Sequence record: OQ067374.1
Strand: one strand, 5' to 3'
Length of the DNA stretch: 64,000 bases
From: Escherichia phage a20
The translations under genes were made by a program, and so were the position numbers. A model generated the notes under the pieces. It made no database searches, had not been told where the DNA came from, and saw only the letters and a program-made list of their open reading frames with translations. Of this stretch, positions 32,797-42,922 are shown piece by piece. How positions within the stretch are numbered: the first letter of the stretch is position 1; every line of letters begins with the position of its first letter.

Positions 32797-32804
32797 CAAT
32801 TAAT

Positions 32805-33170
32805 TTAGATATCAAATTCGTTAAGAACTACATCAAAGATTGCTTCGAGATGTTCAGGTTTAGCTCGGTTACTCAGGATATGACGAATCCAAGTTTTAAC
32901 CAGAAGTTTACGATTAACACCATTCCAGCAAGGATGAGTACCTAAATCACGCTGACGGAAATCATCATCTAATGCAATTTTAAAATTTGAACCTTCCATC
33001 GTGATTGAAACCGTGATACCGTTTTCAAATCGCATATAAACGTAATTAGGAGTCATGCACTGTTCGATTTCACAAACTGTACCGTTTTCGTGTTTCCATA
33101 AGCAAATAACTTCAGAAGAACCAGCGATACCGTTAGAAACATATTTACGTTCGAAGTTGATGTAGTTCAT
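32805..33170 (-). CDS. hypothetical protein (30.7-like)
   Basis: 121 aa; early promoter at 33212-33240. Confidence 0.6.
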   Translation of the reverse strand: MNYINFERKYVSNGIAGSSEVICLWKHENGTVCEIEQCMTPNYVYMRFENGITVSITMEGSNFKIALDDDFRQRDLGTHPCWNGVNRKLLVKTWIRHILSNRAKPEHLEAIFDVVLNEFDI

Positions 33171-33211
33171 TTTATTCTCCAGATGTTTAAGTTGTTTGTT
33201 GGTACAGGTCT

Positions 33212-33240
33212 ATAATAACATAACCTGTACCAAAGTAAAC
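33212..33240 (-). promoter_or_regulatory. early-type promoter for the 30.7-like gene
   Basis: Minus-strand GTTTAC, 17 nt, TATTAT. Confidence 0.5.
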
Positions 33241-33244
33241 TGTT

Positions 33245-33613
33245 TTATGCAACTTTAATCCAATTGTCTAAATTTAAAACACCTTTGGCTTTCATTTTTT
33301 CTATCAGGTTATCTGCTGTAATGCGTCCATTTTGATACCATGTAACATCTTCAGAGTAACCAGTTTCTTCGTCAACATATGTTTCTGAACGAATTTTACC
33401 GGTAATAATAGTTTTTAATTCGTATGTGTCACCTGTGAAAAAGTTTGCTAACACAATTTTCCAAGAGAAATCATCAGAAGGACCTTCAGGGGTCATACAA
33501 CCTACGAACTCAAATTGCTCTTTGTATAACATCCACTGGAATTCTTTAATTTCGATAGCTTTATAACCATCGTGGTCTTTACATTTGATGTATGAGTTCA
33601 GATTGATTTTCAT
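33245..33613 (-). CDS. hypothetical protein (30.8-like)
   Basis: 122 aa; early promoter at 33656-33684. Confidence 0.6.
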   Translation of the reverse strand: MKINLNSYIKCKDHDGYKAIEIKEFQWMLYKEQFEFVGCMTPEGPSDDFSWKIVLANFFTGDTYELKTIITGKIRSETYVDEETGYSEDVTWYQNGRITADNLIEKMKAKGVLNLDNWIKVA

Positions 33614-33655
33614 TTTGTTCTCCAGGTTGTTTTATTGATTAGATGGTACAAGTCT

Positions 33656-33684
33656 ATAGTAACACATCCTACAGGAGAGTAAAC
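33656..33684 (-). promoter_or_regulatory. early-type promoter for the 30.8-like gene
   Basis: Minus-strand GTTTAC, 17 nt, TACTAT. Confidence 0.5.
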
Positions 33685-33720
33685 ATCTTTTTAAACTTTT
33701 TCTGCCCTAAACGCACAAAA

Positions 33721-33738
33721 GGGAGACCGAAGTCTCCC
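33721..33738 (-). terminator. terminator after the 30.9-like gene
   Basis: Minus-strand GGGAGAC-UUCG-GUCUCCC followed by UUUUG. Confidence 0.7.
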
Positions 33739-33743
33739 TAAAA

Positions 33744-33923
33744 TTATGCAATAACCTTTCCAAAACGAGAAGCATCATCTCGAAGAACTGCACGTGCTCT
33801 GCGCATGATCTTCTCAACTGTTTGATTAATACGAGAGTTCGACCCACGCTTGTATCCAGCGCGTTTAGAGGTACCATCAACTTTCTTTTCAACTGCTTTC
33901 TTTGCTTTAGCTTGTTTTGCCAT
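33744..33923 (-). CDS. small basic protein (30.9-like)
   Basis: 59-aa ORF MAKQAKAKKAVEKK... not in the ORF track; SD AAGAGA; followed on the minus strand by a GGGAGAC-UUCG-GUCUCCC hairpin plus U-tract. Confidence 0.5.
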   Translation of the reverse strand: MAKQAKAKKAVEKKVDGTSKRAGYKRGSNSRINQTVEKIMRRARAVLRDDASRFGKVIA

Positions 33924-34217
33924 TATAAATTCTCTTTAAATGAAAATGCAGGACTTATTGACATTGCCTGCGCAAGCCCTCAAGGGGAACATAGGTTTTG
34001 GATATTTAACGACAGGATAACCATAAACCCGTCATCATACCAACCACGACTTAGACAGATAACCTTTTTCTGACGCGTGATAGTACAAAATACATTCAAG
34101 AGGTACACCGTAAAACTGCCGGGGTCTTAAAACTATAATGATTCGCAAATCATTAATCAGACAGTTCGACGGCTCCTCGATTTTCTAGCCGCACTAAGGT
34201 AGCGAATCACCTAAAAC

Positions 34218-34466
34218 TTATTTAAGGGTAATAACAAAATGACGTACTGCTTTACGAGCTGCAGAAGCCAAAGGCTTAGCATATTTCAGTTCATCTTTTG
34301 CTTCCAGTTCAGAGGCCAAAGCTGCCTGTACCGGGTTCAGATGTTTGAAATATCGCAGGATTTCAAGAGCTTCGGCTTCAACATCAATAGATGCGCCATA
34401 GTTTTCGTGGCCGTTATTCCATGCGTTTCGTTGCAGTTCAAGAGCGTGTTGTAATTGTTTAATCAT
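34218..34466 (-). CDS. rIII: rIII lysis-inhibition accessory protein
   Basis: 82 aa; position upstream of gene 31 as in T4. Confidence 0.8.
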   Translation of the reverse strand: MIKQLQHALELQRNAWNNGHENYGASIDVEAEALEILRYFKHLNPVQAALASELEAKDELKYAKPLASAARKAVRHFVITLK

Positions 34467-34590
34467 TTTAAATTCTCAATTCGAGATAATATTTAGTAGC
34501 CACGTTCGTCTGAATTTCACTTCCTTTCGACAAGTCTCTCAGTTGTAGGCTACCGCTTAGAAGAGTGTTCTCTTCATATAGTTATTTATA

Positions 34591-34923
34591 TCACTTATAA
34601 AGACACGGAATAGCTTTATAGTGGCATGTTACGAATTTCTGTTTAATTTCTTTAGGTTGTTTAAGTCCCAAAGCCACAAATGGATGTGGAACATTTCGAA
34701 TTTGTCCAACTGGTAGTGGAGTCAAATCACCGACTTCAACAAAACCTTTAGGAACATCAGGACCTACAGAATGAACTACACATAGTTCAGGAACTTCACC
34801 TTGAACACGTTTACCAATCACAAGTCCTGATTCGGTAACTTCTTCATCACCTGCTTGAGCGGGTTCAGAAACCAGAATGACATATTCACCAACGGCACGA
34901 ATTGGGAGTTGTACTTCAGACAT
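34591..34923 (-). CDS. 31: gp31 co-chaperonin (GroES-like) for capsid folding
   Basis: 110 aa; synteny rIII-31-cd. Confidence 0.92.
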   Translation of the reverse strand: MSEVQLPIRAVGEYVILVSEPAQAGDEEVTESGLVIGKRVQGEVPELCVVHSVGPDVPKGFVEVGDLTPLPVGQIRNVPHPFVALGLKQPKEIKQKFVTCHYKAIPCLYK

Positions 34924-34980
34924 CTTATTTCCTTGTTGTTTAACGATAGATTAATAATACCATACTATTCGTAAAGCATA

Positions 34981-35289
34981 TTACATAAGAAGCAAACGTT
35001 CTACCGGAGTACCATCAACCGAAATTACTTTATCAAGGCGGAAAGAACGCCACTGACCTAACTCGGTATCGAATGCTCGAACTGATTCACGAGGTTCAGA
35101 ACGAACTTCTGTTGATGGGTTACTATTTTCATATTTGACTTCAAGTTCATCGCGGGAGGCAAACATCGTACGAACATCACCGTTAGCCTTTTCAAACACA
35201 ACACAATGAACGCCTACAGACAGAATAGTTTTAATACGTTCACGAAGAACCATAGTTTCTTGTTCAGTTAAAATCATATTATTCACCAC
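34981..35289 (-). CDS. hypothetical protein (31.1-like)
   Basis: 102-aa ORF between 31 and cd. Confidence 0.6.
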   Translation of the reverse strand: MVNNMILTEQETMVLRERIKTILSVGVHCVVFEKANGDVRTMFASRDELEVKYENSNPSTEVRSEPRESVRAFDTELGQWRSFRLDKVISVDGTPVERLLLM

Positions 35290-35860
35290 AAAAGTTTCGA
35301 ATTTGTTCCCAATTCAGAGAACGAAGATTATTACGAGAGTACTGAATTACTTCAATACCGGCTTGTTTTAGAATGTCTGCCCAATTTTCAGGAGATCGGT
35401 CATATAATTCTGCATATACAACCTTTTTAATACCTGACTGTGTAATAGCTTTAGTGCAATCAGGGCACGGAGAAAGCGTAGTATATAACGTAGCACCTTC
35501 AATAGAATTACCTTTACGAGCTGCAAACAAAATTGCATTCAATTCCGCATGGATTTCGTTATTAGCAGACCATGCACTATGAGCGGCCCGATGTTCTTTA
35601 GCCAAAACAAAATTATCCACCCGTCCAAATGCTGTAGTGCCTTCTTTATGCCCAGCAACGATGACCGGGCTTGGTTTATTCTTCAACCAACCGTTTTCGG
35701 ATGCATGTTCGCAACAGTTTGTACCACCTGAAGGAGAGCCATTATAACCTGTAGAAATAATGCGCCCATCTTTTTCAATGACGGCACCAACTTTCCATGA
35801 ACAACATTTTGATTCTTGAGAAATCAGATATGCAATCTGAAGGTATGTGCTAGCTTTCAT
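35279..35860 (-). CDS. cd: dCMP deaminase
   Basis: 193 aa; zinc-binding HAELNAI and PCPDC motifs. Confidence 0.95.
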   Translation of the reverse strand: MKASTYLQIAYLISQESKCCSWKVGAVIEKDGRIISTGYNGSPSGGTNCCEHASENGWLKNKPSPVIVAGHKEGTTAFGRVDNFVLAKEHRAAHSAWSANNEIHAELNAILFAARKGNSIEGATLYTTLSPCPDCTKAITQSGIKKVVYAELYDRSPENWADILKQAGIEVIQYSRNNLRSLNWEQIRNFCGE

Positions 35861-36852
35861 TATTGAACCTTATTAATATGAGTTAACAGCTCTTTAGTTT
35901 GTTCCCAACTGATGCACGCATCGGTAACGGAAACGCCATAGGACATATTATCAGAAATTTTTTGATTTCCTTCATGTAGGAATGATTCTATCATAATTCC
36001 TTTGACCAAATCATTAGCTGCTAAATTTTTACCAATACCAATTTGATTGCTATAATGCCCAGCAGCGTTTGCATGGCTACAGTCAACCATTACATAATGA
36101 TTCAGACCTACTGCACTTGCTTTGTTAGAAGCTTCTTGAATATCAGAAGAATGATAGTTCGGGCCGTTGGTCCCGCCACGCAATACGATATGCGTATTCT
36201 GATTACCTTCAGCTTCAACAATGCCTACAGTACCATCGACGTCCATACCCATATACCGATGAGGCCAGGCGGCACTATACATCGCGTCTGTAGCTACTTT
36301 AATAGAACCATTGGTTGCGTTCTTGAAGCCTACGCACATCGGTAGACCTGAAGCAATTTCACGATGTGTCTGACTTTCAGTCGTACGGGCGCCAATAGCA
36401 ACCCATGAGAAAATACCAGAAAGATACTTAATCGTGAATGGGTCTAATACTTCAGTTGCTAATGGAAGTCCCATACGTAGAAGTTTACGACACAATGTTC
36501 GTGCAACTATAAGACCGTGGTTCATATCAAAACTTCCGTCAAGATATGGATCATTTACAAGACCTTTCCAACCTACGGTAGTTCGAGGCTTTTCAAAATA
36601 AACGCGCATCACTAACAGAACATTAGGAAGACGAGTTTGAAGTTCAGCCAAACGTTTGCCGTATTCAACAGCAGCAATAGGGTCATGAATTGAACAAGGA
36701 CCTACAACAATAAGTTTGCGTGGGTCTTCACCGTTCATAATCGAATTAACTTGTTCGCGATGAGAAGCCACTTGTGATGCGTAAGCTTCCGACAAAGGAA
36801 TAATCTCAGCCAGTTCTTTTGGAGAAATAAGTTTTCCGACGACAGGTAACAT
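35860..36852 (-). CDS. 3-deoxy-D-arabino-heptulosonate-7-phosphate (DAHP) synthase, class I alpha (AroG-like)
   Basis: 330 aa; near-identical blocks to E. coli AroG as remembered (VVGPCSIHDP, MRVYFEKPRTTVGWKGL, GARTTESQ, ILRGG, VESFLHEGNQ, SVTDACI); ATG overlaps cd stop. Confidence 0.93.
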   Translation of the reverse strand: MLPVVGKLISPKELAEIIPLSEAYASQVASHREQVNSIMNGEDPRKLIVVGPCSIHDPIAAVEYGKRLAELQTRLPNVLLVMRVYFEKPRTTVGWKGLVNDPYLDGSFDMNHGLIVARTLCRKLLRMGLPLATEVLDPFTIKYLSGIFSWVAIGARTTESQTHREIASGLPMCVGFKNATNGSIKVATDAMYSAAWPHRYMGMDVDGTVGIVEAEGNQNTHIVLRGGTNGPNYHSSDIQEASNKASAVGLNHYVMVDCSHANAAGHYSNQIGIGKNLAANDLVKGIMIESFLHEGNQKISDNMSYGVSVTDACISWEQTKELLTHINKVQ

Positions 36853-36972
36853 AACAATCCTTAGGAGATATAAACAGATTCTGATTCAACAATACCTTTA
36901 ACCGGATTAGACAGGCTAAGTTGGTAGTGCTCAGATTTATGACCATTCTCGATAGTAATTAGATAGCTCTCA

Positions 36973-37209
36973 TTATAGTGTTCCATATACTCGAGTTGCT
37001 TCAACTAAACCGTCACTGCCTAATTTAAGGCTAGTAATCTGGTCACCATCTTTAGGATTAACGATTATGAGAAAAGAACGTGGAGATTCTTGAATAACTC
37101 GTAATGTTGCATCCTGGAAACGTTCAGACACTTTATTGATGAGTGCTTGAGCAAATTCTTTTACTTTAATCTGAAATTCGTGTACTGTAATTGGGTTTTC
37201 ACTTAGCAT
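36973..37209 (-). CDS. hypothetical protein
   Basis: 78-aa ORF; early promoter at 37249-37268. Confidence 0.5.
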   Translation of the reverse strand: MLSENPITVHEFQIKVKEFAQALINKVSERFQDATLRVIQESPRSFLIIVNPKDGDQITSLKLGSDGLVEATRVYGTL

Positions 37210-37248
37210 TTCGATTTCCTCATTGTGTTGGTAGAGTCATAGTATCAC

Positions 37249-37268
37249 AACTCTACCATGTTGTAAAC
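37249..37268 (-). promoter_or_regulatory. early-type promoter for the small-ORF cluster upstream of the DAHP synthase gene
   Basis: Minus-strand GTTTAC -35 and TACTAT -10 flanking the ORF start at 37209. Confidence 0.45.
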
Positions 37269-37270
37269 CA

Positions 37271-37606
37271 TTAAATTGCTTTGCATTCAATTTTTTGTGT
37301 ACCGAAATTGATATCACATTGGATAACTAAATCGCCGTCAAGATCAAATACCACGATGACGTGTGCAGACCCAGGGAGAAGAGTAATAGCAATAGAATCT
37401 ACTTGGTCTGGGAGCAAAGCATTGAGTACATGAGTTACTTGAGCATGAACTCTGAGTTCGGCTGCATTATCAAGCACTTCAAACATATTATTAGCAATAA
37501 TCTGACTGAAGACTACCTTTACAATTTCAGAATAAGTTGGGAACATAATTACCTCAGTGTACAGTGTGCACTTTAACTCGAACAACAAATCGCTCGGTTG
37601 GTTCAC
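37271..37606 (-). CDS. hypothetical protein
   Basis: 111-aa ORF (possibly shorter from an internal Met). Confidence 0.5.
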   Translation of the reverse strand: MNQPSDLLFELKCTLYTEVIMFPTYSEIVKVVFSQIIANNMFEVLDNAAELRVHAQVTHVLNALLPDQVDSIAITLLPGSAHVIVVFDLDGDLVIQCDINFGTQKIECKAI

Positions 37607-37778
37607 CTACAGGAACAAACTCTACATGATATTCACCTTTGTAACGAGTATTCAGATCATTACGAATTCCTGCGAGTTTGTTGATTAATGTAGGACTCAT
37701 ATTAAGTCCCACTAGTTTACGAAGCATTTTGTATGCTTCATCTTCGATTTCATGATGTTTATCATACATAGTTTTCAT
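37554..37778 (-). CDS. hypothetical protein
   Basis: 74-aa ORF. Confidence 0.5.
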   Translation of the reverse strand: MKTMYDKHHEIEDEAYKMLRKLVGLNMSPTLINKLAGIRNDLNTRYKGEYHVEFVPVGEPTERFVVRVKVHTVH

Positions 37779-37949
37779 TTAACCATTCAATTGCTTGGTC
37801 AACACTATCGAAAATAGCACCATCCAAACGTTCTTCATGCTCATAGTCCAGCACATCAATACCGAACTGTCCATTTACTAAAGGCCAGGCTACAAACAAA
37901 TATTCTTTATGCTGTTCGATGGCCTCAATCACTTCATATAATCGTTTCA

Positions 37950-37950
<1 letters not shown>
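37762..37950 (-). CDS. hypothetical protein
   Basis: 62-aa ORF directly downstream of pseT. Confidence 0.5.
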
Positions 37951-39036
<1,086 letters not shown>

Positions 39037-39037
<1 letters not shown>

Positions 39038-39336
39038 TATTTTATTCCTAAGAAAGTTTCAAGAATACGAATGTTATGCTCGCGCCGGTCTTTATTAATT
39101 TCAGCAACGTTTTTATTAATTGACGTACTTCTAACGTTTGAAGAAATAAATTTAATCATATGACTTTTGAGTTGTTGCAAATCCAACCCTTTTTCTTTAG
39201 CAGCTTTACGAAGAGCTTTACCTGCTTCATCTAGTGCCTTTGCTGCATCTTTGTCATAATTGACAAGTGACATTCCACGGCAGATATCAATATACTCATC
39301 CGACCGTTTGATGTAATTCTCTAGTAATGTTTTCAT
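39037..39336 (-). CDS. hypothetical protein
   Basis: 99-aa ORF. Confidence 0.5.
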
Positions 39337-39393
39337 TTAGATTTCCTCAATTATCCATGGGAGCATTATACTCTGCTCCCGAGAGTTTGTAAA

Positions 39394-39618
39394 CTATTTT
39401 ACTAAAGATTCGATATACTCATGAAGAGCTTTAGTCGCTACTGCCCACTTGTTCTGATATTCATTTTTCAGATTAGCACGAGACTGAACTAACAAGCGGT
39501 CGTTAGTCGGGGGCAAAGATTCTAATCGTTGAATCTGACGGCCGTAAATCATAGCCGCCATTTCAGAGTCATAGATAAGTCCTTTAAGGTATTCATGCTG
39601 TTCTTTAGTCATTGGCAT
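39394..39618 (-). CDS. hypothetical protein (pseT.1-like)
   Basis: 74-aa ORF. Confidence 0.5.
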   Translation of the reverse strand: MPMTKEQHEYLKGLIYDSEMAAMIYGRQIQRLESLPPTNDRLLVQSRANLKNEYQNKWAVATKALHEYIESLVK

Positions 39619-39899
39619 TTTTCCTCTTTTAAACCACTACGATAATAACATAACATAGTCTTCTGGTCATGTACATATCTTTTTACGTCGTTTAACCAGA
39701 TACGAAATTCTTGAGAGTCTTCAAATGGCATTCCAACCCACGGATTACCATCAATAACCTTTACTTGCCATTTCTGGTTATATTCAACAATAGATTCAGG
39801 CCACGGCGGATGTAAAGTTTCTTTAGGGCTTAAGGGCACATCCTGAGTACATCCAACTAGGAGACCAATAGATAATACAGCCACAGTTAATTTAATCAT
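39609..39899 (-). CDS. outer-membrane spanin (o-spanin lipoprotein, pseT.2-like)
   Basis: 96 aa; signal peptide plus lipobox LLVGC; partners with upstream i-spanin. Confidence 0.7.
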   Translation of the reverse strand: MIKLTVAVLSIGLLVGCTQDVPLSPKETLHPPWPESIVEYNQKWQVKVIDGNPWVGMPFEDSQEFRIWLNDVKRYVHDQKTMLCYYRSGLKEEKCQ

Positions 39900-40252
39900 T
39901 CTGAGAGCTTCCTGAGGTCTTCTGCAAAGGAATCGAAGGACCTGTTGATTTGTTTTTCGACCAATCCTGGCTTACTTGCCACCACGTTCTTCTTCTTCGA
40001 ATCCTTACGGAGCTTTTCATTTTCGGCCTTAAGTTGGTCAACTAAAACACGGTTCTTATAAGTCATTTCTTCGATTGACTGATATTGAACCTTGAAGTCG
40101 TCTAATACTTTAGCATTGTTTTTAGCGGTCTCTTTGACAGAAGCTAATTCAGTATTCAACGAATCAACTTTGTTGTTTAAGACAACTATTGTTACCGTAG
40201 AAACTAGAGCAAAAGCTGCTACTATAACATAAATCGGATTTACTTTAAGCAT
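39896..40252 (-). CDS. inner-membrane spanin (i-spanin, pseT.3-like)
   Basis: 118 aa; N-terminal transmembrane helix IYVIVAAFALVSTVTIVVL then coiled-coil; 4-nt overlap with o-spanin. Confidence 0.7.
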   Translation of the reverse strand: MLKVNPIYVIVAAFALVSTVTIVVLNNKVDSLNTELASVKETAKNNAKVLDDFKVQYQSIEEMTYKNRVLVDQLKAENEKLRKDSKKKNVVASKPGLVEKQINRSFDSFAEDLRKLSE

Positions 40253-40740
40253 GTTTTAATAATCTCAATGATTTCATCTCGGGATAATCCATTGATAAGA
40301 ACGGTTTTCAAACCATCACACTGGATTTTGTACGATTCAAACAATACACACAACTCTTCTGCTGTATGATATGGGCTTGAGATTCCGAGACGGTTGAATT
40401 TGTCGGTAAGAGGGTCGCAAATAATATAGAATTTGATACCTGCGATATGTACGTTTGGTTGACTAATATTAATGAACACATTAGCGTCATATTTAGTCAA
40501 ATTGTTTTGAAGAAATTCTACCATAGCATTAACTGCTTCTGGCATCGCTTCGCGTTTCTCTTCAGCGTATCGGGTTGAATACTCTTTTTGTTTTACTTTC
40601 TTTTTAAGATTTTTGGCCAGTGTAACACGTAGGTCAGTAAGATAACCAACTGGACGTCCTTTCTTAAAGACCCGGATTCCGTCAGTTGTGTCTCCAAAAG
40701 CGTTTACGACCATATCGTTAGTAATCAATTGCATATTCAT
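40240..40740 (-). CDS. alc: Alc-like protein (transcription terminator on cytosine-containing DNA)
   Basis: 166 aa from MNMQLITND with SD GAGGAG; position between spanins and rnlA as in T4. Confidence 0.6.
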   Translation of the reverse strand: MNMQLITNDMVVNAFGDTTDGIRVFKKGRPVGYLTDLRVTLAKNLKKKVKQKEYSTRYAEEKREAMPEAVNAMVEFLQNNLTKYDANVFINISQPNVHIAGIKFYIICDPLTDKFNRLGISSPYHTAEELCVLFESYKIQCDGLKTVLINGLSRDEIIEIIKTCLK

Positions 40741-40769
40741 AATTTTCTCCTCGTGTTGTTGATAAACCC

Positions 40770-40799
40770 ATAGTATCACCATCCTTGGTGTTTGTAAAC
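40770..40799 (-). promoter_or_regulatory. early-type promoter for alc
   Basis: Minus-strand GTTTAC, 18 nt, TACTAT upstream of the alc SD and ATG. Confidence 0.5.
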
Positions 40800-40801
40800 C
40801 G

Positions 40802-41935
<1,134 letters not shown>

Positions 41936-41982
41936 TCAGTTAGTTTTTTTTAAATTGTACCACAATCCTTGTGGTATGTAAA

Positions 41983-42393
41983 CTACTTTTTCTTATGTTG
42001 GATATTCCAAGGCGGGTTGAACTTTTTGATAAAAAGTGGTTCTTCAAGGTCCATTGTTGCGATGGTCATTGAACCAAGTTCGTTGGTGACTGAAAGGTCA
42101 AAACATTGGCGGGCCCAGAATTCAACCTTTTTGCCTTGCATTAAGGCATCCAAAATCATAAGTGATTTTCTTGAATCTGAAGTCTGGTCTTTTCGATTTA
42201 TGGCTGTTCGATAATAGTTAATGCGTTTCTTTAAATTCTTGGTTTTACCAATATACACAAGTTCGTCATCTATAGCAATAGCGTATATGACATTTTTCTT
42301 ATTAGGGACATCAACTGTTTTAATTGTTGCATCTTCTAATAGCTCCAATTCTGTATATTTAATAAAGGAATATTCGGCGGCAATATCTTTCAT
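41983..42393 (-). CDS. denA: endonuclease II (DenA)
   Basis: 136 aa, same length as T4 DenA; VIYAIAIDDELVYIGKTKNL. Confidence 0.93.
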   Translation of the reverse strand: MKDIAAEYSFIKYTELELLEDATIKTVDVPNKKNVIYAIAIDDELVYIGKTKNLKKRINYYRTAINRKDQTSDSRKSLMILDALMQGKKVEFWARQCFDLSVTNELGSMTIATMDLEEPLFIKKFNPPWNIQHKKK

Positions 42394-42401
42394 AATAAAG
42401 T

Positions 42402-42415
42402 GGGACCGAAGTCCC
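42402..42415 (-). promoter_or_regulatory. UUCG-tetraloop hairpin between nrdB and denA
   Basis: Minus-strand GGGAC-UUCG-GUCCC between the nrdB stop and denA ATG; no U-tract. Confidence 0.4.
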
Positions 42416-42419
42416 GTCC

Positions 42420-42922
42420 TTAGAAATATTTTTTGTATGAATTGATTACATTTTGGTCTACATCATTATCAATTTGTGCGACAAGATAAGAACTGATTTC
42501 AACTTCCTGAGGAGCGGCTTGAACTAAATCAGAGTTCAGATATTCACGAATCCAAGGATACGGATGCTTGGTCGGAGCATCAGTGATTGGGCATGGCAAA
42601 CCACACTGTTTCATACGAGACACAGTCAAGTAATCAACAAAAGCACACATACTCTGCGTATTGATACCTGGACATGTACCGTCTTTAAAGAGGTGTGCAG
42701 CCCATTCCTTCTCTTGACTATTTACTTCCATAAAAATGTCAACTGCTTCTTGTTCACATTCTTTAGCAATTTGAACCCACTCATCACCATCAGTACCAGA
42801 TTGAAGTTGACGGATAATGTACTGAGTACCCTTGAGGTGGAGTTGTTCGTCACGAGCAATGAACTTCATAATCTTTGCATTACCTTCCATAATTTCCATA
42901 TTTTTATGGAAGTTAAAGGTAC
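42420..42922 (-). CDS. nrdB: ribonucleotide reductase small subunit NrdB, exon 2
   Basis: Reading frame aligns with R2 C-terminal half (NMEIMEGNAKI..IARDEQLHLKGTQ; E. coli LMEGNAKII..IARDEALHLTGTQ); 3' splice site placed after intron-terminal G at 42923 (inferred). Confidence 0.85.

Noticed and set aside
33707-33892. 61-aa ORF from the track in the 30.9 region
   Set aside because: A different frame on the same strand gives a 59-aa ORF (33744-33923) with an SD and a terminator hairpin right after its stop; the track ORF lacks such signals.
33924-34217. Possibility that the rIII / 30.9 spacer is a group I intron or a tRNA
   Set aside because: No flanking split reading frame, no group I P7-like core elements as seen in the td and nrdB introns, and no cloverleaf with anticodon arm; kept only as a possible structured leader or small RNA.
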